A stretch of DNA of 64,000 nucleotides from Tubiluchus corallicola. Lineage: Eukaryota > Animalia > Priapulida. Each line of letters starts with the position of its first letter. Position 1 is the stretch's first letter. Below the pieces are notes generated by a model, which worked only from the letters and a program-made list of their open reading frames with translations, did not search any database and had not been told where the DNA came from. Below are positions 50,257 through 64,000 of the stretch, piece after piece. The stretch spans positions 186,001-250,000 of the forward strand of contig JAQGDQ010000281.1 of assembly GCA_030141605.1 (NCBI GenBank), in the 5' to 3' direction. A program made the position numbers and the translations under genes.

Positions 50257-51552
50257 CTGTATAATAAAAAAAAACTGTTTTTTTAAAACGCCTTGAGAAA
50301 GGGAGAGTTTGTTATGCACAGCGAAAATTCAAATTTACATAATTGTTATTAAATGAGTGAGACGGTAGATGGATACTCGTGACTGCTTTACTACATTTTC
50401 AAGTACAAACTTAAGAAGCTATTTAACTATTAATTGCTTCGTAGCTGTTTAAAAGACCAGATTTAACAGCCGATAAACGACTCAAATTTCACCACTGTTT
50501 TGCGGGAAGATTGGTAACTCTTATATTCGTGCTGCATGTTATGTTTGGTTTACCCTGAGCTTTTATTAACACAGTTTGCAACAAACAGCGTCACGAGATA
50601 AAAATTGTAATAAATTCTGATTAAGATTATTAATCTGTAATGAAATTTTTCTTTGTCAGCTGTCGTATAATTATTGTGGATAAATTTGCCACTTCTTGCT
50701 ACCATTTTGTGCATGCTGCAACGGAGCTGTGACTTTTAGTCGTATCACAATAATAGTCATAGGCACTGTCGCTGTGAAAGTCATAGTTATGATCCTAGTT
50801 ACAAAGGCGATCATGTTCAACAATCATCTGTTATGCAGGGCAGTAGTGTGCTAAAACTTCAACTTGTTTCCTCCTCATACCAGTGATCTTACAGATTCGA
50901 CACTAAGAGAGAGAGGCGGGAAAACCTATAAACCAAAACATTTATTGGAACGCGAGCACTAAAAATGCCGACTGACAACAACATTTTTAGTCTCTGACTT
51001 GGACATATGTAAGTAATTTCACCAAGAATGCTATCAACGCTTTGCGAGGAGTAGGCGTTACCGCGGCTGCTTAAATTACTATGACCACACACGTTATATG
51101 CAAATTTAATTTCTGATTCTGCTATGATCAACAATCTTCTTAAAAACACACAACATACCCTTTATTTGCAAACTGAGAGAATACTGCGAGTTGTTTAGTA
51201 AATGTAATTCATTATACGCAACAGATCGTGACGCAGATTCGCCTGTACGCATTGCCTTTAAATTATTATTTCTACCCAGTGAACCTAAGTTTTTTTTAAG
51301 TTTGCGAAAGTGAGTTTGAAACTTTAAACAGAATTTTTTTGAAACATATTTTACAATGTATGTATGTACAGCGCTATTTTTTCTTAGACGCTATTCATTT
51401 ACCAAAAAGTACAAATTACCGCTCGGTAATAGGAAATTATTTATTTAACGTCGGGCATGTTAATGTTAATGTTAAGGTCAAAATGTTAATGTTATGCAGC
51501 TCATCATTATTCAGTTAGGTATAGGCCTACAGCCGAAGTAGATGGCAAATAA

Positions 51553-51554
<2 letters not shown>

Positions 51555-51594
<40 letters not shown>

Positions 51595-51640
51595 TGCGTG
51601 CGTGCGTGCACGTCTCCGTGTGCTTGTGCGTGTGTGTGCT
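51555..51640. repeat. (GT)n microsatellite with degenerate tail
   Basis: Directly visible. Confidence 0.93.
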
Positions 51641-51974
51641 CAGAGTTCCTTAACATCGTAGCCCATTGTGAACTGCCAATTGTGCACCTGACTTTTGAAA
51701 AGAACACTGATCTATTTTGTATAAAAGAAAATGTTTCGCCGATTTATGCAGAACTCCCATGCACCTAGTAATATAAGCGTCATTACGCCTTTCATCTAAA
51801 ATTAATTCATCCAAAACTCATTCTGTTCTGCAGGCAGAATTTCTTCAGGGAATCAGAGAAATATCCATCTTCTCGTGATTTTGATTAGGCCCTGACCAAT
51901 TTCCAGTAATGATTCTTATTGGAAAGCCTTCGAGGCTTCAAACATCAAAATTTTAAGTTACATGTAGGGGCAGT

Positions 51975-52055
51975 AATAACAACAACAACAACAACAACAT
52001 CACCACCACCACCACCACCACCATCAACAACAACAACAACAACAACAACAACAAA
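51975..52055. repeat. (AAC)n/(ACC)n tract
   Basis: Directly visible. Confidence 0.92.
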
Positions 52056-52179
52056 ATGAAACAAATAAGATAATATAAATTTATTTGAAAGCAGTCAAAT
52101 ACATGGACAACATGAGCTGTAAGCTCTTTACCGACGAGCTTTACATAATAAATTACTTCGCGATATATGCGTGATTTTT

Positions 52180-52280
52180 CTAATATTCAAAAATGATTTA
52201 TTAATACTAAATAATCATTTATGAATATTCAAAATTGATTTATTAATACTCATAATTTGTTTGTTAATATTCAAAAATAA
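52180..52280. repeat. About 42-bp AT-rich minisatellite (about 2.5 copies)
   Basis: AATATTCAAAA.TGATTTATTAATACT.A.AAT recurs at about 52182, 52224 and (partially) 52266. Confidence 0.75.
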
Positions 52281-53024
52281 GCATAAAATTCCACTTTGGC
52301 GTTCCATACATTAAAGTCATTGAAAAGTAAATAATTTCAGGCATGCGCAGTAGCCTACGGCAGCTCTATGTACTAATTAACCAAGAATTTTAGAGCTTAG
52401 GAAGATATGAGCACGATTTAACCGCAAGGTGATACAGTACAGCCAAACTCTTGCAATTTCAATGTGTTGTCATCAACCTGACATTCATGGCCACAGTTAA
52501 AGGATTTATGTTTTTTACACAGCATCCGCAGAGACTGATATATTTATAACTTACATGTGGTCTATGCAATTTTTCATTTTAATGTTTATAATGTGAAGAA
52601 CGAGAATATTTATTACAAACTATACGCAGCTCAAGTGGACGAGTAATAGTTTTATGCCCCGATTAGTGCCATAAATGTTAAATTTGCTAATTGCATTATT
52701 TTCATTTGCGCAATATTAGGAATGAATAACATTAAATCATTTTAAACAAATAATGTAATTGTTATTATTTAAATGGGAAAATGGCAATGCAAAATGGGAA
52801 TAAAATAGGCAAGAATAAAATCTGAGAGTATAAGTCCCTGTGTAAATCCAACGTGGCATGCATTTTCAAAAAGATACGAGTCATTGAGTTTAAGATATTT
52901 TGCTAATCTTCACAAATGACACAAATTAATAGTTTCTAGCATCTAACCACACGCTGTCAAATGTTTTTTAAATGTTTGGCATCAATTGTACAAAAGCTGG
53001 TTTTCCTTACTTTTATATATATTT

Positions 53025-53067
53025 GAGGGAGAGAGAGAGAGAAAGAGAGAGGGAGAGAGACGGAGAG

Positions 53068-53135
<68 letters not shown>

Positions 53136-53156
53136 AGGGAGGGAGAGAGAGAGAGA
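53025..53156. repeat. (GA)n microsatellite at the LINE 3' end
   Basis: Directly visible; interrupted by GGGA and GACG variants. Confidence 0.97.
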
Positions 53157-53159
53157 TTA

Positions 53160-55604
<2,445 letters not shown>

Positions 55605-58600
55605 CCACCACTAGCTGAATTAGTGGTTTATCAAATAAAGAAAAACAGTTACGCAATGTCACATACTTACTACTGTCAGCTTGTGGGAGATTAACGCTAG
55701 CTTTAGGTTTTAAAATCTTCCAGTGACTAAACTGAGACAACCTGGTTATGGTTGCAACCTACGTCAGAATGTAACGAAAGCTAGCCCATTATGTGCAATC
55801 TTCATTCATGTATAGTTAGATGTCATAACCTGTATATATTCACAATATCTGCGTTTTACGAAAAAGTGCCTCGCCGCTGAATGAATTTTATGTTTGCCTA
55901 TTTATGCTGGCGAACTTGAGCAATTCTTCGGGGGATTTGAAAGCCGTTAGCATTGATAGCGAACAGATAAGTTTTCCTGATGCACATTGATTTGAAGGAA
56001 AGCTGATCTTAGGTAAACGTGCGGGGCATGAAACCAGCACAGGGTGCCCGCTTTATCGGAAACGGCGAACGCTAACAGATTAAAACTAAAGGGCACTCAT
56101 TAGAGGTGATGGCACGAGGGTTGACATCATGATACGGGGTTAAGATGATAATGACGATGGTGATGTTTACGCTGACGGTGATAGTGACTTGAATGAAGGT
56201 GCTGCTGAAACAGAATTAGGAGCTGTTCATTTTCTAGTTCCAAACAAAAAATGCATAAAAAGAGACGTGTTTTTTCAAACTGTCGCATGTCCGTAAATCT
56301 GTCGAGTACTAACAACGATGGCGACAACGATGAAAGTGTTGATACATTGTTGTTGTTGATGGAGATGACGATCAAGCGACGACGATTATTTAGGTAATAA
56401 TTAATGTGGCTGTGGTAACGGGATCGAAGATACAAAATCACTCCAATAGCAGTTATAATAATAATAATGACGGTGGAATCAATAGTGATATTGAAGATGG
56501 CGATAGTATGATTGCAAAGATGACGACGTCCTTTCTTGAACACAAAACCTAAAATAAATTTAGTAGAAGAATTAGTGTTGGAACTCACTGTGAGCAACCT
56601 ATTGTCATAGTTTGTCACATTCTGCAAGCATTTGCGCGGCAACAAGAAGAAGGGCAATAATTGTTATTCAAGACAACGCAAAGCAAAGAAATGCAATTGA
56701 GTGGAGACCTACTACACACTGCAACTTGCATCGACTTTTTATTACTACAAACTAGGCTTAGTTCAATCAATGAACTTTGTTTACCAAAATGTCAAAAGTC
56801 TGTAAAACCGTGGAGAATAGAGAATTTGTCAGGAAATAATATTATCCCTCTGATTTACTACTCCATCTGTCTGCAATAAGAAAATAACATTTACTTGCTT
56901 TAGATCTGGTTGCAGTCTAGTAGAAATTAGCTAGTAGCAAGTGACAGTAACTAAAAGCAGCAGTATTGTGAACCAAGAAGCAGGGGCTGCACTTTAGTAT
57001 CATTAACTGCTAGACAGCTGTTCATAAAGTTTCATCACCTTCCTTCTCTGACGCGTATGCGTTCTCCATGACTGGATAGTTCATTTTTTCATTACCTTGG
57101 CATTTTTTTTCTTTTTCTAAATATGAGCTAAGGTGATAACGTAATCAGTAGCAACACAAGAATGCAACTGAATGCAAACTGTCTGTTTCAAAGATGTTTC
57201 TTTTAAAGATGAAATAAACTCAGAATAGCGTATATTGTAATTGTGGATTTATTCTGTTATTTAAACGAAGGTACTGAATTAGCTTACGATTATTTCAAAA
57301 TGGATGCTCTGCTACGCATTATCAGCAGCACCATTTCTGAAAATACTAATCGATAATTGACAATTCAGAGTGGGCGCCAGTTCAGAGATAATTTATGACA
57401 ATTATCTTTACTAATGAACAAGATTCCGGTCCCACCAGTATTGTTGTTGAATGCTGGAATCCGACTTGCATTGCGTTGAACTGCACACAAAAACATTCAG
57501 AAAAAGACGCATCGAGACTGACATTGATCAGCAACATACGCTACGGAAAGCGGCTGACCAATTACTGGCATAAAGCAGCTGATAAATTGGCTAAATATTT
57601 GATTAATAAAACGATTTCTCATGCCAGAGCAGATCTGTCTTGGAGAGGCAGGCATTATTTCCGGGTTTCAGCAAATATTGTTAAGGTCACATTTCCAGGA
57701 AAACTTGCTGAAGTAGACCAGGCAAGTCTTAACCAGATTTCGCATGTTATGAATAGCATCGTTTTAAGATGGTGAGTCACTACTACTCTAAAAAAGAATG
57801 AACTACTTGTTGAATACTTAGCTGAAAGCATGATTATCCAACAAAAGGTATCCACAAAATATTAGGAAACTATCCAGCTTTAGTTACCTAATTAGATACA
57901 GTTTTTGAGCTGTAAGTGACATTTGACCTTGAAGTACTTTTACAGAAGATCACCAAGATTGCGCAAAATCACGCCTTATACCTTGCACCGCGAAAGCTAC
58001 TCATGTTTAACAGCCCAATTTGTAGTTTTTGATTTGCAATTGACGTTTGGCCTCGAATACTCAAACTGCCGGTGTAAGAAATGCAAGTTTTGCTACAGAT
58101 TTTGCTTTAACTCTGACGTTAGATCTGTCTTTGATCTGGCCTTTCGTCTTGAAGTACTCACTCACTGTTAATTCCACTAACATCTACTTCCAACCTTATA
58201 CATCCAGTTGCCTAAGTTTGGTTGTTCAACTTCTTACATTGAGTTTTTGAGTTGAAAATGACCTTTGTTTTTCAACCACCCTATTAAGGCCTATTAAGGC
58301 CATTAACTGCCCCACTAAAATCTCTCTCTTGTTAGGCTGCAGAAATACACTGAGTTTGGTTGCCTAAGACATTACAGTTTGTAAGTTGAAAGCTTGTTGT
58401 AGTTTTGTTGACTGACAAGCTCACATTGCAACTGTGAAGCCTAAATATAAAAAAACTAACCTAACTGTCTACATATTTCTATTGAAACGTCTAAAAACAG
58501 GTGCATCCTTCTCTTATGAACCGCGAGCTCTGCTTCTCTATTGCATCCACGTTGTCGCCAGTCATGTAGTGGGTCCCTTTTCGGGTTAGTTTGAAAGAAA

Positions 58601-59274
58601 AATTGAATTCTAGTGAAGCTGGTAATTGTTAAGTAAAAAAAGAATTGAAATTATGTATTGAAATAAGCTGCAAAGTGCAAGCATTATGTATGCAGATTAT
58701 AGAAAAGTAAAAGCAGCATGGTGAAGCCCAGGCACGGCAATCAGCAACTGCAGGTCGAAAACAAGGCTTGTTACTTAACAAGGACAGGCCCTGATTTCAC
58801 ACATTCCGGATCGTCCGTTGTCGTATATTACGGTTGTGTATGCCGTTTATGGGAGTACTGCGCTTAACATAAAAAGCTCAATTTCACCGCAACAGAACTC
58901 ATCCGCTTTATAAACTTAGTCCGATCAAATTTCGAATCATAAAAGAAGCTATAATCCTCTCTGCAAGCTTGCATATAGACGCAACGCGTTTATAGGATTA
59001 TGGACGCATATGCGACAAAACTCATTGGTTTATTTTTCGTTTGACGACTTTCTTTTCTTTCACTTGTTTTTATCACACATTTGTAGAATGAATTTAGCTA
59101 GGATATTGCCATAGCAAAATCTTCTTGAATATTTATAAATGCTATCATGCCCCACGTTTCGCTTGAGAATCGCAAAGTATGCAAGCTCGTTATTTTTTTT
59201 ACTTTTACTTGTTTATTTATGTTCAGTAATATTGGTTAGTTAATTAACTATTTATTTTTCACTTACCATTCATT

Positions 59275-59380
59275 TATGTACTTTTTGTAAATAAACAAAC
59301 AAGAAATAAACAAACACACAAGCAAATAAACAAACAGGCAAATAAATAAACAAACAAACGTAAGTAAATAAATAAATACA
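59275..59380. repeat. Degenerate (AAAC/AAAT)n tract
   Basis: Directly visible. Confidence 0.85.
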
Positions 59381-60801
59381 TCTTATTAATTTTATAAGTG
59401 AAACGAATGGGTGAATTGACTTTATTTGACTGACTCAATGTGCAAACCGTTACAATTTTCCAAATTCCTAAAACTCTAAGAAAACATTTCATGACTGTGG
59501 TTCTGGCACTGCATCCCTCTTCAGTCGGATCTTATTACGGTAATTTCATTTCTAACAAAGCAGCAGTCACTACTGATTAAAGTAGCTTAGCTTTAAGATG
59601 ACTACGGGAGCACTTTAATTTACTCAGCTCTGTTTTTACGTCCCCCATTCAACGTACCAGAGATTACTTAGCAAAAGGATTTACGACCTGAAGCCACTTA
59701 GAAGGAGAAACTGCATCAGTTCCGAGGAGGATTAAAACTCCGAGTGACAATGACATGGAAAAACAGATATAAATATGTAGCTGCAAGTAGTGCAGAAATG
59801 TCTTCTTCACTTTTTGATCTTTGGTGCTTATGTTTTTTCTAAGTTTTAGCAGTTATTGATCGATAGCGAATATAAAGCCATCATCAAGAAAAGGTTTCCG
59901 ATTATATTAGGAAAGTGTGTTCAAGAAATATATTATGCTCTGAATGAAACATGGAAACAATTTTGTGAGGCACCACAGGTTCATTTTGACCGAATTGTTA
60001 TCCGTCGTTATTACTAAAGCATATTTGGAGCCTTGGCAAGCATTACTATTGTGTTTCATTTCTCGCATGATACAATAAAGTTTTTTGTTACAAAAAACCG
60101 ACAAACCCACAGTACTGCTACTGTATATAGTGTACGTGAAGGCTACATTTGCGCATTTTCAGCTTTCATGGTGGCGCAAGTGATGTATAGGTGGCCCTAT
60201 TTCTTAATGTACGATGTCCTACACGACTGTATGTATGTATGTATCACGAGAAATGATATGTATAAGGACATCACAGAAAATTTTAAGTTTAATAATAACT
60301 GTAGTTTGACTCTTCGGAAAGAGTCATGATTTTGATCTCCTGTGATGTCCTTTTGATTTCTCATGACTTTGAGACTGTAAAAAGCCGACTGAAATAATTT
60401 TACACATTCAAGAAATGTCTTTGTGTTTCAACAGACGAAAGTTCAATCAAAATCTTAAATGTGTACCGCAGTTTATTGGTATATAAACACAGTAAAGGAC
60501 TTCTGTCCAGCTACGATGAATTAAATTCATTGTAACAGCTAGTGTAAGAAGTCGATTTAAATCCAGTCTTCACAATGAGCTCTCTCTATTTGTTTACTTT
60601 GAAATGATTCAACTTAAGCGTTCAAATAGTAGGAATGCTTTTATGAAAACAGATGTCTACGCGTTGTTCAATGAACAAGGATAGAAATGCCTATGAGGAT
60701 AAGAAAGAAAAGAACAGGAACTTGAAGGAGGGTAAATGTAGATATCAATTAGTAGCTGAAGTGGGGCTTTCTGTCACGGCATTTGATTGAGATTTGTAGC
60801 C

Positions 60802-61120
60802 TTAAAGGGGAAGAAAGGAGGATTTTAAGGTATATCCAAAAAACTTTCAATACAAAGTTATATTACTATGCATTACGCTTACTCGTTTGAAAAACTTGTG
60901 TAACTAGAAAAGAAAATTCTTATTAATTTAAAATGTTGGCGCCAATTGGTAAAACGCCATTGACTCACCTTCCCAGTGCACACCGCTGACTCACCGAAAA
61001 ACACATTATTAATCTTAATGACAAAATAAAGTAATTTTTATTGTTGCTAGTTAGCAAAGTGTGCGCTACGAATGCTCTGATTATTTCGTCGAACTCTACC
61101 CATTATTAAGTGGCGTTTGC
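60802..61120 (+). repeat. Dispersed repeat copy B (internally shorter than copy A)
   Basis: Same blocks in the same order and orientation as 4965-5480, with about 190 bp less between the AAAGTTATATTACT and TGTAACTAGAAA blocks. Confidence 0.75.
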
Positions 61121-63019
61121 GTAGCATGCGGATGCGGTACGTTTTCCACCCGTGGAACAGCCTCCGGGAAAAAATCAATAAGAAATAGTTACAAAAAACG
61201 AAAACGCAGGAAAGGAAATATGCAGGCTGCATAAACGGGTGCATTGAAAACAATATAAACTGATTTTATCCATTCTGCGCCCGCCAAACACATCCGTACC
61301 TGCAGGCTACAAAAAAAAACCGCCACTTTAGCTGAACCGACTGAACTTTAGTTGAGGGTCGTCTCAAACGACCTACCGTCAAAGTATCTTTTCATACTTT
61401 TTATACTTTATTTATGAAGAGTGTTTTCTTGTACACGAATTGCCCGTGGCTGGACCTTAACTTGTAAAAAAAATTCCACCTGAAAACGTATGGAGGGTTT
61501 TAATACTACTATACCTTGAATCATTAACTTACATAAAATACGAATTCTCCAACCTTTCAAGAGAACCCAAAGGCTTCTTAATTCCGCTTGACAAGTTAAC
61601 CATCAAGAAAGTCAGCAAAACCGAGCTGTTTTAGTATGCGCTCTAAATTTTCTGATCAGCCGCAGAAGTTTTACTATGTGCAAGGGCATCGAGCGCAATG
61701 GTAAACTGGTGACGGTTGTCCCAATTAAGATATAACTGTGGTGGCGGTACCTCATTTCCTTGGCTTCCCTATCATTGTCCTGAATTTTGTGGGCTGCGAA
61801 TGAAGTGAAATTGTGAATTTTAAGAGTAATTTCCCGTAAATTAGTGCGGAAACGCAACATACTTCTTTCATTTCTGCAATACTTGGATTTCCATAGCTGA
61901 CACTATTGCTTTTGCTATCAGGTGACGCGTAGAATAAATAAAAATATTACTAACCTACTATTGTACGGTCATGTCTAAAGTGTCTGGAATATTTTCTCTT
62001 AAAATGTTGTGATTGAAGCAAAGAAATAGTGATTTCACGGTTCACTATGTCTTATCCCGCGTATAATTCGATCAGACAAGCTGATAGTTGATAACAAATC
62101 GAGGAGTTTATTGGAGTGGATAACCTCGTTAATTTAGTAAATCAATTAATGATGTGGTTTCGTTAATAAAGTGCGAAACATAAATGATTAAGGTTTCAGG
62201 AAAACACCGACGGCTGAATACATGATTGTATATCAAACTAATACATGTGTTGTTTTAAAGTACAAACATGCAAATCATTCTGGGTTTTCATTATAATTAC
62301 TAACGTGGTAAACGTGTAATTAGCTTTAACTTTATTTACTTAAAGTGGTTTTACAAAGCAGACACGGGTATTTCCACGTGCATGTGCTACGTACAAGATG
62401 AATGCATTAGATAACAAAATAGCTAATTACAACTACAACTAATCTCCCGTACTGCGTTGAATTTGCAGAGAACTGTATACAACACCACACACCTATTATA
62501 AATATGTACAGTTATACAATCTAGCCGAGAATACGCGAATATCTCATGTATTCGAAAAAAAAACTATTGAATAAGAGCTTTGTGCAAAATCATAACACGT
62601 AATTTTGGGGTCGTCAATTGAATTCCGAATAAAATTCTGAAGTCATCTTTAAAATGAGAAAAACTGACTGTACATCTATTACTAAAAATTTTATATGCCC
62701 GACCATTACTTTATCTAACAAATCGTTAAACGCGTAAATTATAACGCTGCTCATTGGTACTCTGGCTTCATCTCAATGATTTTTATAGCAGCATTATTAA
62801 AAAATAATTTACTAACAATTATTTAACAAAAGTGTACCATTGTGATTATGAGTTACCGGAGCACAATAGGGTATCGCAACACTAACGAATATTTCAAATT
62901 CGGTCACATAGAGCACAGATTAAAACTTCAAGCGTTTTTGATTCGAAAGCACACTGGGATAATTGGTTATATAATGCACACCTTACATATATAATGATAA
63001 TGTAATGATGCAAGTTATG

Positions 63020-63275
63020 CAGTTAACTTAGGATATAAGGGACACCTGCAGACCGGAAAGAGCCGTCCCTTATATCAGATGTCCCTTATAACTGCAATAG
63101 AGCCGAATCTAATCTGCGTTCATTATGCGCCCTCTATCCATTTCCTAGTTCAGTAGCCTGGTTATTGCTGCTCTTTATATCGTGGTTCTGCCCATTGTAG
63201 ATGGCGCTAGTCAAGTTTAAGGATGAAAAGCGATTGTCCCTTATAAGTGAGTACCTTATGCTCCGAGGTTATCTG
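63020..63275. mobile_element. Tc1/mariner-pogo-type MITE
   Basis: Imperfect terminal inverted repeats CAGTTAACTTAGGATATAAGGGAC ... GTACCTTATGCTCCGAGGTTATCTG followed by TA; internal repeated GTCCCTTATA motifs. Confidence 0.72.
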
Positions 63276-63623
63276 TATATTCAACCTAACCACATATGTT
63301 CGTTTTACATCTTTTAATATAAGTAGCACTGCCTTACAGAAGTAGTTTAGGACTATTTGAAATACTTGATGGCCACTTATGGAATAACGCTATGGTCCAG
63401 CAACGATCGCCTGGTTCTCACGTGTATGTGATACTAAGCCCACTTGTGATTATTACTAGAAAACCACTTAGCCTAAATCATAAAATCTCCACTCATAATG
63501 TGTGACAAAACTCTTATTTTGTGACGTCATAAAAGTGATTGGGTACCAAACAGGAAGAAATCACTGATGTCATCAAACCTGGTATTGTTGATATTGTTTA
63601 CATTTGTGACAGCTGCGGTCTTA

Positions 63624-63702
63624 ATCGGGTAGCCGAGTGGTTAAGGTAACGGACTGTGGGTGCTTCTCTACTTATAGCCCGAGTTCGAATCTCACGACCA
63701 CC
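63624..63702 (+). mobile_element. tRNA-derived SINE head or tRNA pseudogene
   Basis: Pol III A box TAGCCGAGTGG (63630-63640) followed by TTAAGG, and B box GAGTTCGAATC (63681-63691). The acceptor and anticodon stems do not pair cleanly. Confidence 0.6.
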
Positions 63703-64000
63703 TGTATTGGCAAACAGTTGTTATCTGTCTTATCTATTTGTGGCGTCTCACAATGTTGTTGTATTCCTTATAGTAGCTTATAGTAGATTCCGCTTATAGT
63801 AGCCTATGGCTAATGTTGTCTGCTGCCCCAGCGACTGTTTTGTCCGTTTGTCTTATCTGTGATGTCACATGTACTGTGTGACGTCACTGAATTTCTTTAG
63901 ACTTTTTGACGTTCTTGATGCAGTGCAGACTGTCTGAAATACCTGACGGCACTAAGATTTAAAGTAGCCTAGATTCAGACCTTCGATGAGCAAAAGATTG

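Noticed and set aside
56127-56657. 176-aa minus-strand ORF
   Set aside because: Overlaps a degenerate (GAT/GAC)n low-complexity tract; no domain or splice support.
58505-58580. Minus-strand DP..GDNVDAIEKQSSRFI, resembling the CR1/L2 'W.P....I..LE.VQRRA.RFI' block
   Set aside because: Too short and frameshifted to call.
63624-63702. Functional tRNA gene
   Set aside because: A and B boxes are present but the cloverleaf stems do not pair; treated as a SINE head or pseudogene.

Overview
AT-rich, intron-rich eukaryotic genomic DNA, most likely from a lophotrochozoan invertebrate such as a mollusc (inferred from the gene families and repeat types; no database was consulted). Most short ORFs in the track are noise. 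Two spliced minus-strand genes can be reconstructed by hand. (1) A complete fasciclin-1-like gene with 13 coding exons (41557->25855; 2550 nt, 849 aa): signal peptide, four FAS1 domains, a GPI-anchor-like hydrophobic tail, and two large low-complexity inserts inside FAS1 domains. All 12 introns are GT-AG with matching phases. (2) The last three coding exons of a sarcoplasmic calcium-binding protein/calexcitin-like EF-hand gene (50256->46699), including a GC-AG intron; its 5' exons were not found and probably lie beyond the window. The presumed upstream intron of that gene holds a young-looking, 5'-truncated non-LTR retrotransposon (RT plus CCHC motif) bracketed on both sides by (GA)n microsatellite. 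The rest is microsatellites, MITE-like inverted repeats, satellite-bearing dispersed repeats, a decayed LINE and a tRNA-derived SINE-like head, plus a few unconfirmed plus-strand exon-like segments between about 5.8 and 21 kb. No CRISPR, rRNA or prokaryotic system is supported.
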